A stretch of DNA of 64,000 bases from an uncultured Conexibacteraceae bacterium (GTDB taxonomy: Bacteria; Actinomycetota; Thermoleophilia; Solirubrobacterales; Solirubrobacteraceae), in assembly GCA_963778315.1 (NCBI GenBank), contig CAVZTZ010000003.1, positions 252,497-316,496 on the forward strand; not shown here. Direction: 5' to 3'. More model-generated notes on the stretch are below. The model ran no database searches. It was not told the origin of the DNA and worked only from the letters and a program-made list of their open reading frames with translations. Positions within the stretch are counted from its first letter, which is position 1.

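Noticed and set aside
60627-61370. RTX toxin / T1SS substrate call based on GGxGxD motifs
   Set aside because: The motifs are dispersed (20-60 aa apart) and degenerate rather than tandem nonapeptides. No T1SS genes are visible, and the C-terminal secretion signal cannot be assessed because the ORF leaves the window.

Overview
Very GC-rich window; the gene content looks like Actinomycetota, which is an inference. It falls into three parts.

(1) 1-8.4 kb holds intact housekeeping genes: the 3' end of glgP, citrate synthase, an amidase, an SDR, and a 7Fe ferredoxin. It also holds a small basic coiled-coil protein and a secreted protein with five FN3-like repeats.

(2) 8.7-24.7 kb holds clearly recognisable genes that are each broken by between 1 and more than 10 single-base frame changes. 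These are mrp, a GNAT-like gene, a DUF2342 metalloprotease, an IMPase-family gene, a UvrD/Cas4-type helicase-nuclease, PAC2, and a glycine-rich/Big surface protein. Intact genes sit between them: alkA-like, a second basic coiled-coil paralog, yhaM-like and fadH.

(3) 25,065-64,000 is one uninterrupted plus-strand reading frame of 12,978 codons. It runs off the window end without a stop, so it is missing from the supplied ORF track. It encodes a giant, modular, Thr/Ala/Ser/Gly/Val-rich secreted repeat protein. Its parts in order are:
- a signal-like N-terminus
- a Thr/Pro stalk
- 5 super-modules of about 380-425 aa
- about 14 kb of beta-solenoid-like repeats punctuated by Leu-Pro linkers and Cys pairs
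- an aromatic-rich insert
- a Cys-pair-rich region
- 7 repeats of about 75 aa carrying an F-x-x-(A/S)-D-V-G motif
- parallel beta-helix-like repeats
- dispersed GGxGxD-like motifs
- Calx-beta/cadherin-like units

The many long minus-strand ORFs listed across 25-64 kb are antisense artefacts of this gene. No tRNA, rRNA, CRISPR array or mobile element was found.
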